In this document: piece by piece, positions 1 through 8,874 of the stretch
Layout: the number at the start of each line of letters is the position of its first letter
How positions within the stretch are numbered: the stretch's first letter is position 1
Source: a virus
Taxonomy: Duplodnaviria > Caudoviricetes
Virus record (IMG/VR): IMGVR_UViG_3300009095_000030
Coordinates: 1 to 40,804 of that record
Direction: 5' to 3' (one strand)
DNA length: 40,804 nt
The notes under the pieces: generated by a model
What the model was told of the DNA's origin: nothing
The model's input: the letters and a program-made list of their open reading frames with translations, nothing else
Database searches by the model: none
Translations under genes and position numbers: made by a program

Positions 1-337
1 GTCCAGGTACGGCAACATCACCAACGTCCAGCAGGCCAACGCCAACCGGCCCCCGGCCGGCTACGACAACGGCGGCTGGCTCCAACCGGGCTGGAACTAC
101 AACGGGCTCGGCGTGCCGGAGGCGGTCCTCACCCCGCAGCAGCTGCGGATCCTCGAAGGCGCCGCAGCCGTGGGCGTCGCGGCAACCGCCGGCGGCCTTC
201 GCTCTGGGGACCCGATCACCCTCGTGGTTCAGGACGGGCCCACCCTGCGCGCCTACGTGCAGGACGTGGCGGACAGCAGTGTGGCCGCATCCAACGCCCG
301 CATGGGCATGCAGATCGCGGCAGGAAGGAAGCAGTAG
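1..337 (+). CDS. Tail tape measure protein, C-terminal part (5'-truncated by window)
   Basis: Frame open from position 2: SRYGNITNVQQANANRPPAGYDNGGWLQPG...PEAVLT, a typical actinophage tape-measure C-terminus; followed directly by tail genes. Confidence 0.8.
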   Translation, partial: SRYGNITNVQQANANRPPAGYDNGGWLQPGWNYNGLGVPEAVLTPQQLRILEGAAAVGVAATAGGLRSGDPITLVVQDGPTLRAYVQDVADSSVAASNARMGMQIAAGRKQ

Positions 338-1201
338 GTGGGCATCGTCATCAATCCGAGCGCGCCACTGCCGACGCCTCCTGTGGAGTCGGTGTCGCCG
401 GACGGCCGTCTGACCGTCCGGCGCGACGACACCTGGGGCGGCGTCTACCTGATCGCCGACTACTCCACGGCCGTACCAGTGCCGCAGAAGGTGCGGCTGG
501 TGCGGATCGGCTCGGACGGGGTCGAGGCGCCGGTGCGCGGCGCTGACCTGGCGTGGGCGCCCGGCGGTATCGCGTTTGGCTACGACCACGAGGCGGAGCT
601 GGGCGTGTCGTCGTCCTGGTACGCCTACCCGGTCACCGCCGCGGGCGTGGTGGGCGCCCGCTCGCAGGGCGCGGGCATTGCGATGCCGGAGCCCGAACCG
701 CCGCGCGACGTGTGGCTGAAGGCCGTCAGCGCCCCGGGCCTGTCGCTGCGCGTCATCGTCACCTCGTGGCCACAGCTCGCCTACGACGACCGCCAGCAGC
801 GCTTCGATGTGCTGGGCGCGCCCGCGCCGGTGATGTCGGTGGACGAGTGGTCGCTGGCATCCGGGCAGATGACGCTGCTGACTGAGACGCTGGACGAGCG
901 CACCGCGCTGCTGGACCTGCTCACCTCCGGCAGCGTGCTCCTCTCCCAGACGTTGCAGGCCTACGGCCGGCCGGACGCCTACTGGGTGCCGGGGAAGATC
1001 ACCGAGGAGATGGTCGGCGTCGCCGGCGATCCGGGCCGCCGGTGGACCGTCGACATGACGCAGGTGGACCGGCCGCCGACGGTGGACACCCCGCTGCGAG
1101 TCCCGGGCCGCTCGTACAGCGACTCGGCTGCCTTGTGGCCGACCTACGCGGACCGGACCGCAACGGGTCAGACGTATCGGGATGTGACCGTCGGGGGGTG
1201 A
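338..1201 (+). CDS. Minor tail / distal tail-like protein
   Basis: 287 aa ORF abutting the tape measure stop; position in tail operon. Confidence 0.7.
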   Translation: MGIVINPSAPLPTPPVESVSPDGRLTVRRDDTWGGVYLIADYSTAVPVPQKVRLVRIGSDGVEAPVRGADLAWAPGGIAFGYDHEAELGVSSSWYAYPVTAAGVVGARSQGAGIAMPEPEPPRDVWLKAVSAPGLSLRVIVTSWPQLAYDDRQQRFDVLGAPAPVMSVDEWSLASGQMTLLTETLDERTALLDLLTSGSVLLSQTLQAYGRPDAYWVPGKITEEMVGVAGDPGRRWTVDMTQVDRPPTVDTPLRVPGRSYSDSAALWPTYADRTATGQTYRDVTVGG

Positions 1202-1205
1202 GCCG

Positions 1206-2300
1206 ATGTGGCCTGTCTCCGCCCGCTGGGATCCTGCCCTGCGGCACACCTACCGGCCCGCCTACCGGGCCACCGTCATCCCGCCGCAGGGCAGTCAGTT
1301 CGAGGCGCGCCTGCTGTCCTGGCAGGTGACCGCGGACCGCACCTCGAACACGAGACGGACACTGCAGGCCGTGCTGGCGCCGGAAACGGTCCGTGGCCTG
1401 ACGGGCGTGACCGTGAAGGGCGCGTACCTGCAGCTGGACGTCGGCATCGACTACGGCGACGGCTCGCAGGAACTCATCCCGCAGGGCCTGTTCAGAATCG
1501 ACAGCGAGGACACGCAGCGACCCGACGGCGGCATCAGCATCCAGGGCTACGGCCGGGAGAAGGTCGTCGCCGACGACCGCTTCCTCACGCCGAGGACCGA
1601 GCGGAACTCCAGCGCGCTCGACTTGATCGAGGCATTCCTCCTGGAGACGGTCCCGTCCACGGTGGTGGTGCGCCGCACGACCCGGGACGCCGCGGTGCCG
1701 TACACCACGTGGGAGCGGGAGCGCTGGGAGGCCATCGACGGCACCGACGCGTCACTCGCCCGCGCCGTCGGCGTCGAGGTGTGGGCCGACGGGCGAGGGC
1801 GGTTCATCATCTCCGACGTGCCGACCCTCGGCGACCGGCCGGTGTGGACAGTGGACGCAGGACCGGGCGGCGTGCTGGTGTCGGCGGCCTCGTCGACATC
1901 GACGGACGGCGTGTACAACGTGATCGTCGCCGCCGGCGACGCGAGCGACGGCACGGTGCCGATCGGCCCGGTCATCGTGCAGGACACCGACCCCACCTCG
2001 CCCACCCGCGTGTCCGGGCCGTTCGGCCGGCGGGTGCGGCACTACAGCTCCCCGCTCCTGCGCACCCCGGACCAGGCGACGACGGCCGCCTACTCGCTGC
2101 TCGCCAACAGCCTCGGCCTGTCGGCCGGCCTGTCTTTCACCGCGGTCCCGAACCCGGCGCTGGAGCCGGGGGACGTGGTGCTGGTGCGGCCGGACGACGG
2201 GCCGCCGGAGCTGCACATCATCGACAAGATCCAGCTCTCGTCGAGCGGCGCCATGTCCTGTGATACCCGCTCGACGAAGGCCAGCGACGAGGGAGCCTGA
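1206..2300 (+). CDS. Minor tail hub protein (DUF5047-like)
   Basis: MWPVSARW start, VYNVIVAAG, GPFGRRVRHYSSPLL and PNPALEPGDVV motifs typical of Streptomyces phage minor tail proteins. Confidence 0.75.
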   Translation: MWPVSARWDPALRHTYRPAYRATVIPPQGSQFEARLLSWQVTADRTSNTRRTLQAVLAPETVRGLTGVTVKGAYLQLDVGIDYGDGSQELIPQGLFRIDSEDTQRPDGGISIQGYGREKVVADDRFLTPRTERNSSALDLIEAFLLETVPSTVVVRRTTRDAAVPYTTWERERWEAIDGTDASLARAVGVEVWADGRGRFIISDVPTLGDRPVWTVDAGPGGVLVSAASSTSTDGVYNVIVAAGDASDGTVPIGPVIVQDTDPTSPTRVSGPFGRRVRHYSSPLLRTPDQATTAAYSLLANSLGLSAGLSFTAVPNPALEPGDVVLVRPDDGPPELHIIDKIQLSSSGAMSCDTRSTKASDEGA

Positions 2301-2301
2301 C

Positions 2302-2529
2302 ATGGCCGCACTCATCGACCAGATCATGCCGCGCGCCAGCAACCCCACCGCGGGATCGGCTGTCGTCGCGGCCGTCAACACCGACGGCACCGTCGACATC
2401 ACCATCGCCGGAGCCTCCGTCACCGCCGCCTGCCTGGAGGGCTACACCGACCGCGCGGAGGGTGACGTTGTGTTCGTCGTGCCCGTGCGCGGCGGCTACG
2501 TCGTGATCGACCGATTCACCACGGCCTGA
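2302..2529 (+). CDS. Small tail-associated protein
   Basis: ATG 1 nt after upstream stop, GGGAG RBS; beta-rich 75 aa. Confidence 0.6.
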   Translation: MAALIDQIMPRASNPTAGSAVVAAVNTDGTVDITIAGASVTAACLEGYTDRAEGDVVFVVPVRGGYVVIDRFTTA

Positions 2530-2539
2530 GGAGGACCCT

Positions 2540-3103
2540 TTGCCCACCACTGCTATCGGCGGTGCCCCGTACCCGGCGCCCGAGGACGCCGACAACGTCC
2601 CCGCGGACATGCAGGCCCTAGCCGAATGGGCGAGCACCCGCGGCGTCATGCGGTTCGCCGACGCCGCCGCCCGGGACGCGGCCATCACCAGCCCCGACGC
2701 GGGCATGGTCGCGTGGCTCGACACGCCAGGCTCGCTCACCGTCCGCACCGCCTCCGCATGGCGCACCCTGTGGTCCAGCCTTGCCTGGACCGACCTCACC
2801 CTCTCCTCCGGGTACGAGACCTATGGCAGCACGCCACGCGCCGCAGTCGAGGTCGGACAGTTCATTACCCTCCGGGGCGGCATCCAGCGGAACACCAGCG
2901 CCCAGATCGCCACCGGCTCCACGATCGCCACCATCCCCTCGGCACTCGGCACCCCCGTCTCCGGCGACTTCCCCATTGCAGTGCAGTGGTCTGGTGACGT
3001 GCCGACCGGGCGCCTCTACGTCGGAGCCGACCGCACCCTGCAGTACATCGGCGACTCCACCAACTGGATCGCGCTTAACGGCGTCCGTATCCCCCTCGCC
3101 TGA
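2540..3103 (+). CDS. Minor tail protein
   Basis: GAGGAGG RBS; FADAAARDAAITSPDAGMVAWL motif common in actinophage tail proteins. Confidence 0.7.
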   Translation: MPTTAIGGAPYPAPEDADNVPADMQALAEWASTRGVMRFADAAARDAAITSPDAGMVAWLDTPGSLTVRTASAWRTLWSSLAWTDLTLSSGYETYGSTPRAAVEVGQFITLRGGIQRNTSAQIATGSTIATIPSALGTPVSGDFPIAVQWSGDVPTGRLYVGADRTLQYIGDSTNWIALNGVRIPLA

Positions 3104-3113
3104 CAGGAGCAGC

Positions 3114-4958
3114 ATGCGCTACCAGTACGGCTCGGACGGCGGCAGCGTCGTCACCGACGCCGCGGGCAACGTGGTGTCCAGCCGGCCGGGCACGGTGTGG
3201 ACGGCCCGCACCGGCGGCTCCCAGGTCACCGACATCCTCACCCTCGCGGGCACGGCAACCGGCGGCACCGTCACCACCGACAGCAAGGGGCGAATCGCCT
3301 TCCAGGGGCCGGACGGGGCAACCGCCACCCTGTGGTGGGACGGCGGCGACGGCACCCGGTGGGCTGTCCTGCCCACCGAGACCGACCGCATCGCCCGCGC
3401 CCAGGTCGACACCTACGGCGTACCGTCCTCCGCGCTCGGCTCCGCCAGCGGCGTCGCCACACTCGACAGCGGCGGCAAAGTCCCGGCGGGCCAGCTGCCC
3501 GACCTGTCGGCGTCCTACGTGCCGTACCCGGCGGGCGGGCAGGCCGGCGACACGCTCATCCGCGGGGCGGGGAGCACGGTGTCGTGGGGGCGTCTCACCG
3601 CGGGCACCGTCGCACCCTGGTCCGGGCTGGACGCGCTGACCGCGCCGCGCTGGATCGCCCACCGCGGCGGCAGCCTCCTCGCGCCCGAGAACACGATCGA
3701 AGCGATGCGCACCGCGGTGGAGCTGGGCGCGGACGCGATCGAGCTGGACGTGTACAAGGTCGCCGACGGCGGCTTGTTCGTCATGCACGACTCGACCGTC
3801 GACCGCACGTCGAACATCAGCGGCACGACGTCGGCGCTCACCGTCCCGGCCGCGCTGCGCGGCCGCATCGACGCGGGCGTGTGGTTCGCGAACACGTGGC
3901 CGAGCGACCTGCGCATCCCGCTCTTCGCGGACGTGCTCGCCGACATCGGCAACCGCATCCCGATGATCGTGCACTGCAACAACGCGGGCAGCGGCGCCGC
4001 TGCGGTCGCCGAGATCCAGCGGCAGGAACTCGACCAGGCCGTGCTCATCATGGCGTGGACCGAGGCCGAACTCGTGGCCGCCCGCGCCGCGGGCATCCCC
4101 ACCTGCCTCCTCGACGCCGACGGCGTCCTGTCCGGGCAGACCTACGCCGGGCTCATCGCCGCAGGCACGACCTATCTCGGCGTCGACTATAGCCAGACCA
4201 CCAACACGACCATCAACAACGCCGCGGCGGCCGGGCTGCGCGTGCTCGTCTACACCGTGAACCGGCGCACCAACTACGCGGCCCTGCCCACCACCGGCAG
4301 CGTGTGGGGCGTCATCTCCGACGACCCCTGGTACCTGAAGGCGCCCGGGCAGATGCGCACCACGGACCTCTTCAGTGCGGGCACCTTCTACCACGGCATG
4401 CCCGGCATCACCGACGCCGCCGACTACAGGGGTTTTTTCCAGCTGGGGAGCCCGAACTGGTTCGGCCTCGACGCTTCCGGTACGAACCTGGCCTCGAACG
4501 GCGGCTACGCGTCCACGATGCAGGGCTACCTCGGCCCGCTGCCGAACACGTTCACCCTCGACTGCGACTTCGTCATCGACGCCTCGGACTACACGACCGC
4601 CTCGGCCCAGTGGACGTTCACGAAAGGCGACGTGCAGTACGACGACGACACCACCGGCACGACCGCGAAGAACGACGGCTACAACATCCTCGTGCGCGCG
4701 TCCGGCACGATCGACGTCTACAAGGTGGCGGGCGGCACCGCGACCAGCATCGGCACCGTGTCGACGGCGGCGATCACCGCGGGCACCACACAGCACCTGC
4801 GGATTCAGTTCACCGCGACGCAGATCATCGTCACCCGCACGAACATCGCGACCCCGAACTCGGTCACGGTCACCGACTCCACCTACCGGGGCGGGCTGTA
4901 CCCGCACCTGGCCGTCCGCGACACCAAGACGAGGTGGGCGAACGTCGCCCTCACCTGA
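3114..4958 (+). CDS. Tail fibre/spike-like protein with glycerophosphodiester phosphodiesterase (GDPD) domain
   Basis: AGGAG RBS before ATG 3114; IAHRGG..APENT, ELDV, MHD..VDRT, YTVN, GVISDDP motifs; GVATLDSGGKVP fibre linker; beta-rich C-terminus. Confidence 0.85.
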   Translation: MRYQYGSDGGSVVTDAAGNVVSSRPGTVWTARTGGSQVTDILTLAGTATGGTVTTDSKGRIAFQGPDGATATLWWDGGDGTRWAVLPTETDRIARAQVDTYGVPSSALGSASGVATLDSGGKVPAGQLPDLSASYVPYPAGGQAGDTLIRGAGSTVSWGRLTAGTVAPWSGLDALTAPRWIAHRGGSLLAPENTIEAMRTAVELGADAIELDVYKVADGGLFVMHDSTVDRTSNISGTTSALTVPAALRGRIDAGVWFANTWPSDLRIPLFADVLADIGNRIPMIVHCNNAGSGAAAVAEIQRQELDQAVLIMAWTEAELVAARAAGIPTCLLDADGVLSGQTYAGLIAAGTTYLGVDYSQTTNTTINNAAAAGLRVLVYTVNRRTNYAALPTTGSVWGVISDDPWYLKAPGQMRTTDLFSAGTFYHGMPGITDAADYRGFFQLGSPNWFGLDASGTNLASNGGYASTMQGYLGPLPNTFTLDCDFVIDASDYTTASAQWTFTKGDVQYDDDTTGTTAKNDGYNILVRASGTIDVYKVAGGTATSIGTVSTAAITAGTTQHLRIQFTATQIIVTRTNIATPNSVTVTDSTYRGGLYPHLAVRDTKTRWANVALT

Positions 4959-4976
4959 CCCACAGCCACACCGCCC

Positions 4977-5000
4977 GCCCCCGCCGCGCCGGGGGCTTTC
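4977..5000 (+). terminator. Possible intrinsic terminator/attenuator between tail and lysis genes
   Basis: GCCCCC...GGGGGC followed by TTTC. Confidence 0.4.
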
Positions 5001-5015
5001 CAGTTTGGAGGCCCC

Positions 5016-5960
5016 ATGGCCACACCGATGACCGCCTCCCAGTTCCTGACCGCCCTCAAAGCCGAGGGCGTCACCGTTGTCGAGGTGGGCGACTGGGAGC
5101 ACCACAACCGCGAGGGTCACGGCCCGTGGGGGCCCGTGAACGGCGTCATGATTCACCACACCGCCGGGAACAGCGGGATGGTCGACTACTGCTACAACGG
5201 CAGCTCAGCTCTGCCAGGGCCGCTGTGCCACGGCGTCATCGACAAGCAGGGCGTCGTGCACCTGGTCGGCTACGGCCGCGCCAACCACGCAGGCGGCGGA
5301 GACTCCCGCGTCCTGAACGCCGTCATAGCCGAGGAGTACGGCGACCGGCCGCCCGCCCCGCACCAGCACGAAGGAAGCGCGGGCGCCGTCGACGGCAACG
5401 CCCGCTTCTACGGCTTCGAGTGCATCAACCTCGGCGACGGCCACGACCCCTGGCCCGCCGCCCAGCTCGAGGCCATCGAGCGCGTCGCCGCAGCCATCTG
5501 CCGTCACCACGGCTGGGGTGCCAAGTCCGTCATCGGGCACCTGGAGTGGTCCGACTGGAAGAGCGACCCGCGCGGCTTCGACATGCACGACATGCGGAAC
5601 CGGGTCGCCGCCCGGCTCGGCAGCAAGCCGACCAGCCCGGCCCCGGCGAAGCCCCCGACCCCGGCCACCAAACCGAAGGTGAGCCTCGCGCACGTCGTCT
5701 ACCCAGCGAAGCACGACCCCGCATCAGCGCAGGGCCACACCGCCTACAAGTCCGAGGCTCTGATCGTCGAGAAGGAACTCAAGGCCGAAGGGCTCCTCGA
5801 CACCCAGTGGGTCGACGGCTCGTTCGGCACCAAGACGATCGGCGCCTACGCGGCCTGGCAGCGCCGCCTCGGCTACCGCGGCCGCGACGCCGACGGCATC
5901 CCCGGCCGCGACTCTCTCACCCGCCTCGGCCGCAAGTACGGCTTCGACGTGAAGGACTGA
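5016..5960 (+). CDS. Endolysin, N-acetylmuramoyl-L-alanine amidase (Amidase_2) with C-terminal peptidoglycan-binding domain
   Basis: GVMIHHTAG, GRANHAG, GFECIN, VIGHLEW, DP motifs; Pro-rich linker; DGSFGTKT...ADGIPG PG-binding motifs. Confidence 0.92.
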   Translation: MATPMTASQFLTALKAEGVTVVEVGDWEHHNREGHGPWGPVNGVMIHHTAGNSGMVDYCYNGSSALPGPLCHGVIDKQGVVHLVGYGRANHAGGGDSRVLNAVIAEEYGDRPPAPHQHEGSAGAVDGNARFYGFECINLGDGHDPWPAAQLEAIERVAAAICRHHGWGAKSVIGHLEWSDWKSDPRGFDMHDMRNRVAARLGSKPTSPAPAKPPTPATKPKVSLAHVVYPAKHDPASAQGHTAYKSEALIVEKELKAEGLLDTQWVDGSFGTKTIGAYAAWQRRLGYRGRDADGIPGRDSLTRLGRKYGFDVKD

Positions 5961-5963
5961 CCC

Positions 5964-6308
5964 ATGAACCTCTTCACATCGCTCATGCGCACGGTCGTGC
6001 CGATCGTCGTCGGCCTCGTCCTCGGCCTGGCGGCCCGGGTCGGCCTGGATCTGGACGACGCTACGGTCACGGCCTACGTCACGGCCGGGCTGACGGCCGG
6101 CTACTACGCGCTGTGGCGCGCCCTTGAGGAGCTGGCCGGCCGGATCGGCTGGGAGCCGCTGCGACTGCTGGCTGGTGTGCTGCTGGGCTGGACTCAGCCG
6201 CCGCACTATGACCAGCCCACCACTGTGCCGCTCCGGGTGAAGCTGGACTTCGATGCGGACGCCTTTGCCAAGGAGGTGGCGAGCGTCGCCGAGAAGCACG
6301 GGGGCTGA
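5964..6308 (+). CDS. Putative holin
   Basis: Hydrophobic segments; directly after endolysin. Confidence 0.65.
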   Translation: MNLFTSLMRTVVPIVVGLVLGLAARVGLDLDDATVTAYVTAGLTAGYYALWRALEELAGRIGWEPLRLLAGVLLGWTQPPHYDQPTTVPLRVKLDFDADAFAKEVASVAEKHGG

Positions 6309-6309
6309 G

Positions 6310-6576
6310 GTGACGCCCCCTGACTCGGGCGCCGGTGTCCTCATCAGCAGCGCTCAGATGTACCAGGAGCTGAGAGCACTGGCCGACGGCGTCACCCGGG
6401 TGGAAGCCAAGCTGGACGCGATCGGGCAGGGCTTGAGTGACCTCAGCAAAGACGTCGCCGACCACGAGACTCGCATTCGTGCCCTGGAGCGGGCCCGGTG
6501 GCCACTGCCCACGATCGGCGTCCTCGCTGGTGTGGCTGGCGCTGCCACCGGCGCCTTCAGCCTCTTCGCACGCTGA
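6310..6576 (+). CDS. Coiled-coil membrane protein of lysis cassette
   Basis: DHETRIRALERARW coiled coil plus C-terminal hydrophobic helix. Confidence 0.65.
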   Translation: MTPPDSGAGVLISSAQMYQELRALADGVTRVEAKLDAIGQGLSDLSKDVADHETRIRALERARWPLPTIGVLAGVAGAATGAFSLFAR

Positions 6577-6600
6577 CCACAACGCCCCCTGGAGTGTGAG

Positions 6601-6753
6601 ATGCCCGAGCCGATACCGGTCGCGCCGCGGCGTGACGACACCGCCGCCGACACCACCACCCTCGTCCGCCTCGGCCAAGCAGACCCACCCCCGACCCCCA
6701 AGCCCGTCTACCCCGACCTGCCCAACGGATACCAGCCCGACGAACCCGCGTGA
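6601..6753 (+). CDS. Small Pro-rich hypothetical protein
   Basis: 50 aa ORF MPEPIPVAPRRDD... with GGAG upstream; below ORF-track cutoff. Confidence 0.45.
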   Translation: MPEPIPVAPRRDDTAADTTTLVRLGQADPPPTPKPVYPDLPNGYQPDEPA

Positions 6754-6769
6754 CTGTGCCATCCTGAAG

Positions 6770-6846
6770 AAGCGGGTAGCTCACCGGGTACAGAGCAGCC
6801 GGGGTCACACCCGGCATGGACGTCGGTTCGACTCCGGCCCCGCCTC
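6770..6846 (+). tRNA. tRNA-like element with non-canonical anticodon loop (identity uncertain; possibly pseudo-tRNA)
   Basis: Cloverleaf: acceptor AAGCGGG/CCCGCCT (1 mismatch), TA, D stem GCTC/GAGC, anticodon stem GCCGG/CCGGC with 8-nt loop GGTCACAC, T arm GTCGG-TTCGACT-CCGGC; no encoded CCA. Confidence 0.7.
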
Positions 6847-6851
6847 GCGGC

Positions 6852-6890
6852 AGCGCCCCCTCCTTTGGGAGGGGGCGCTTCGCCTTTTCT
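6852..6890 (+). terminator. Intrinsic terminator after tRNA-like element
   Basis: 12-bp stem AGCGCCCCCTCC/GGAGGGGGCGCT followed by T-rich tract. Confidence 0.8.
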
Positions 6891-6913
6891 GCACACCGGA
6901 GTTGAGCCGCTCA

Positions 6914-6941
6914 GCTCTCGATAACATGCCATATCGCGGGC
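6914..6941. other. Putative dif/lox-like tyrosine recombinase site (11-6-11)
   Basis: GCTCTCGATAA-CATGCC-ATATCGCGGGC, imperfect inverted arms (8/11) just upstream of the operon encoding a second recombinase. Confidence 0.45.
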
Positions 6942-6962
6942 GAAAAAACGGTACAATTAGCT

Positions 6963-7349
6963 ATGGCTGACGACCTGACACTCGGAGAGATCCGCCGCGA
7001 ACTTCTGCGCCTCACGGCCATGGCTGGCAGCGCCGAGCGCCCCAAGCCGACCCGCATCAACGGACCCGATCACTCCATGCCCGGCCACGAGTGGGACCTG
7101 CGCGAGCAGCCTCACCCCTACGGCAGTCGTGAGTACGTCTGGGTCGTTCGTGCGATAGACGAGCAGGACACGGCGGACGGCATGGTCCACGTGTCTACCC
7201 CGGAGTCCATGTTCCCGGGCGAGGACTTCGTGCCGATGTACGTCTCCGACGCGCGGCGGCTCGCTATGGCGCTCCTCGCCGCGGCAGACCGCGCGGAGCA
7301 CCTGGCGCACGGAATTACTCGCCTTGAGGATCGACGGAAGGCGGTCTGA
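6963..7349 (+). CDS. Hypothetical protein (probably leaderless)
   Basis: 128 aa; TACAAT -10-like hexamer at 6952-6957; 2 nt from recombinase start. Confidence 0.7.
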   Translation: MADDLTLGEIRRELLRLTAMAGSAERPKPTRINGPDHSMPGHEWDLREQPHPYGSREYVWVVRAIDEQDTADGMVHVSTPESMFPGEDFVPMYVSDARRLAMALLAAADRAEHLAHGITRLEDRRKAV

Positions 7350-7351
7350 GC

Positions 7352-8371
7352 GTGACCGGCCTCGTCCCGCGCCAGCCGGACGCCACCCCCGCCGCCTACG
7401 ACGCTGCGACGCTCGCCGTCCTGGCCGCCATGGAAGAGGCAGCCGAGAAGCACCTCGAAGCCATCCGCCCCCACAACACGAAGCGCAGCTACGCCAACGA
7501 CTGGGCGCTGTGGGAGGAGTTCCACGACTGGCTTGCCGAACGCACCGGTAGCCGCCTGCCGTCGACCGCTGTCACGAAGGGTACGCTCGTCGGGTTCGTC
7601 GTCTGGCTCGACACCATCAAGCTCGCCGCACCCAACAGCATCGACCGCAGGATCACCGGCGTGACCGTCACCGCGCGGAACGAGCACGGCGTCGAAGTCC
7701 CCAAGGCGGCTACCGTCGCCGCACGCCAAGTCCTCAAGCCGCTGAAGAACGACCCCGAACGCATGGCGCGCGGACGTGGCAAGGCCGCAGCCGCCACCCC
7801 CGAACAGCTCCGACAGATGAACGCGTCCGTCGCCGACGGACTCACCGGGCTCCGCGACCGCGCCCTCTGGCTCATGGCCTTCGCCATCGCCGGACGCTCC
7901 GCCGAAGTCGCCGCCCTCCGCGCCGAGGCCATCGTCCACGTCAGCCAGGGCCTCGAAGTCCACGTGCCCGCAGTCAAAGGCCGCCCGCCCCGCGACGTCG
8001 TCGTCGGCTACGGCCGCAACCCCGACACCTGCCCGGTCCGCGCCTGGCTCACCTGGCGCGCCGCCGTGGGCATCACTACCGGCCCCGCCTTCCTGCCCAT
8101 CACCGTCCATGGCCGCCTCGGCGACCGTGCGCTCTCACCCGAAGCCGTCCGCGAGATCATCGCCCGCAACGCCCAACGCGCCGGTTTGTCCGTCCGCCTC
8201 ACTGGCCACAGCATGCGAGCCGGATTCATCACCACAAGCCGGCGAGCCGGGAAGCGCGAAGAGAAGATCCGCGCACAGTCCGGACACGCCGCCAACAGCC
8301 CCGCCTTCTGGGGCTACATCCGCGAAGCCGACAAGTGGACCGACGCCGCATCGGAGGACATCGGGCTGTAA
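7352..8371 (+). CDS. Second tyrosine recombinase, Cre-like resolvase type
   Basis: NTKRSYANDW SAM-like N-terminus; RDRAL...GRSAEV (catalytic R), CPVRA, GHSMRAG (HxxR), SGH and YIR (catalytic Y). Confidence 0.9.
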   Translation: MTGLVPRQPDATPAAYDAATLAVLAAMEEAAEKHLEAIRPHNTKRSYANDWALWEEFHDWLAERTGSRLPSTAVTKGTLVGFVVWLDTIKLAAPNSIDRRITGVTVTARNEHGVEVPKAATVAARQVLKPLKNDPERMARGRGKAAAATPEQLRQMNASVADGLTGLRDRALWLMAFAIAGRSAEVAALRAEAIVHVSQGLEVHVPAVKGRPPRDVVVGYGRNPDTCPVRAWLTWRAAVGITTGPAFLPITVHGRLGDRALSPEAVREIIARNAQRAGLSVRLTGHSMRAGFITTSRRAGKREEKIRAQSGHAANSPAFWGYIREADKWTDAASEDIGL

Positions 8372-8379
8372 ACAGAGGT

Positions 8380-8442
8380 GCGGCCTGCCGAGGGGTTACT
8401 CCCCACGCCCCCGAAGGGGTCGCTGCGAACGAGGCAGGCCGC
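8380..8442 (-). ncRNA. Putative small three-way-junction RNA
   Basis: 10-bp closing stem GCGGCCTGCC/GGCAGGCCGC enclosing two GGGG/CCCC hairpins; minus-strand TACCGT -10-like hexamer at 8454-8449. Confidence 0.35.
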
Positions 8443-8502
8443 CCGGTCACGGTAGACGGAAGGCGCCCGTCCTGTCAGCCCCTCGTGCCACACTGCCTCT
8501 GT

Positions 8503-8536
8503 GCCCGCCTCGCCCCCCGTCGAGGCGGGCCTTTCT
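8503..8536. terminator. Hairpin terminator
   Basis: GCCCGCCTCG/CGAGGCGGGC stem then CTTTCT; lies at the stop of a convergent gene. Confidence 0.6.
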
Positions 8537-8874
8537 CATCCCTCCAGGTATCCCAGCTCGGTGTCGGGCCGGCAGGCGCTGCACGCGCGGACGCCGTCGG
8601 CGAGGGCCCGCAGCGCGTCGTCCCGGGTCACGCCGCGGTGGCGCTTCCCCGAGTTCCAGCAGCCGCCGACGTGGACCTGGACGGGCGGCGAGTCCCGGTT
8701 GAGGCCTACCTCCAGCAGCCAGTCCGGGGCGGGCGGCCGGGCCTCGATGCCGCGCTGCCGCTCCGCTTCCCGCTGCTCGGCCGCCGCGATGGCCCGCCGC
8801 ACGTCGGCGAGGACGAGGGTCAGCCAGGTCTCCAGGGTGCGGAGTCGCAGCAGGTCGGGCGGCAGGTCGTGCAT
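8536..8874 (-). CDS. DUF6233-like Zn-binding protein
   Basis: MHDLPPDL start; VHVGGC and CSACRPDTELG motifs. Confidence 0.75.
   Translation of the reverse strand: MHDLPPDLLRLRTLETWLTLVLADVRRAIAAAEQREAERQRGIEARPPAPDWLLEVGLNRDSPPVQVHVGGCWNSGKRHRGVTRDDALRALADGVRACSACRPDTELGYLEG

Noticed and set aside
2781-3113. N-terminal extensions in the ORF track (also 17280, 19609, 22565, 36049, 38764)
   Set aside because: Extensions overlap upstream genes; downstream starts with RBS or stop-start coupling were used instead
3075-5159. Long alternative-frame and antisense ORFs (also 4304-6127, 32371-34623, 37589-39319 and many more)
   Set aside because: Arg/Pro/Gly-rich or antisense shadows expected in high-GC coding DNA; overlap better-supported genes
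6770-6846. tRNA-like element as integration site or tRNA-Sec/UGA suppressor
   Set aside because: attP evidence lies at 11295-11632; no long variable arm or extended acceptor stem of tRNA-Sec, and TCA is not properly placed after a U33
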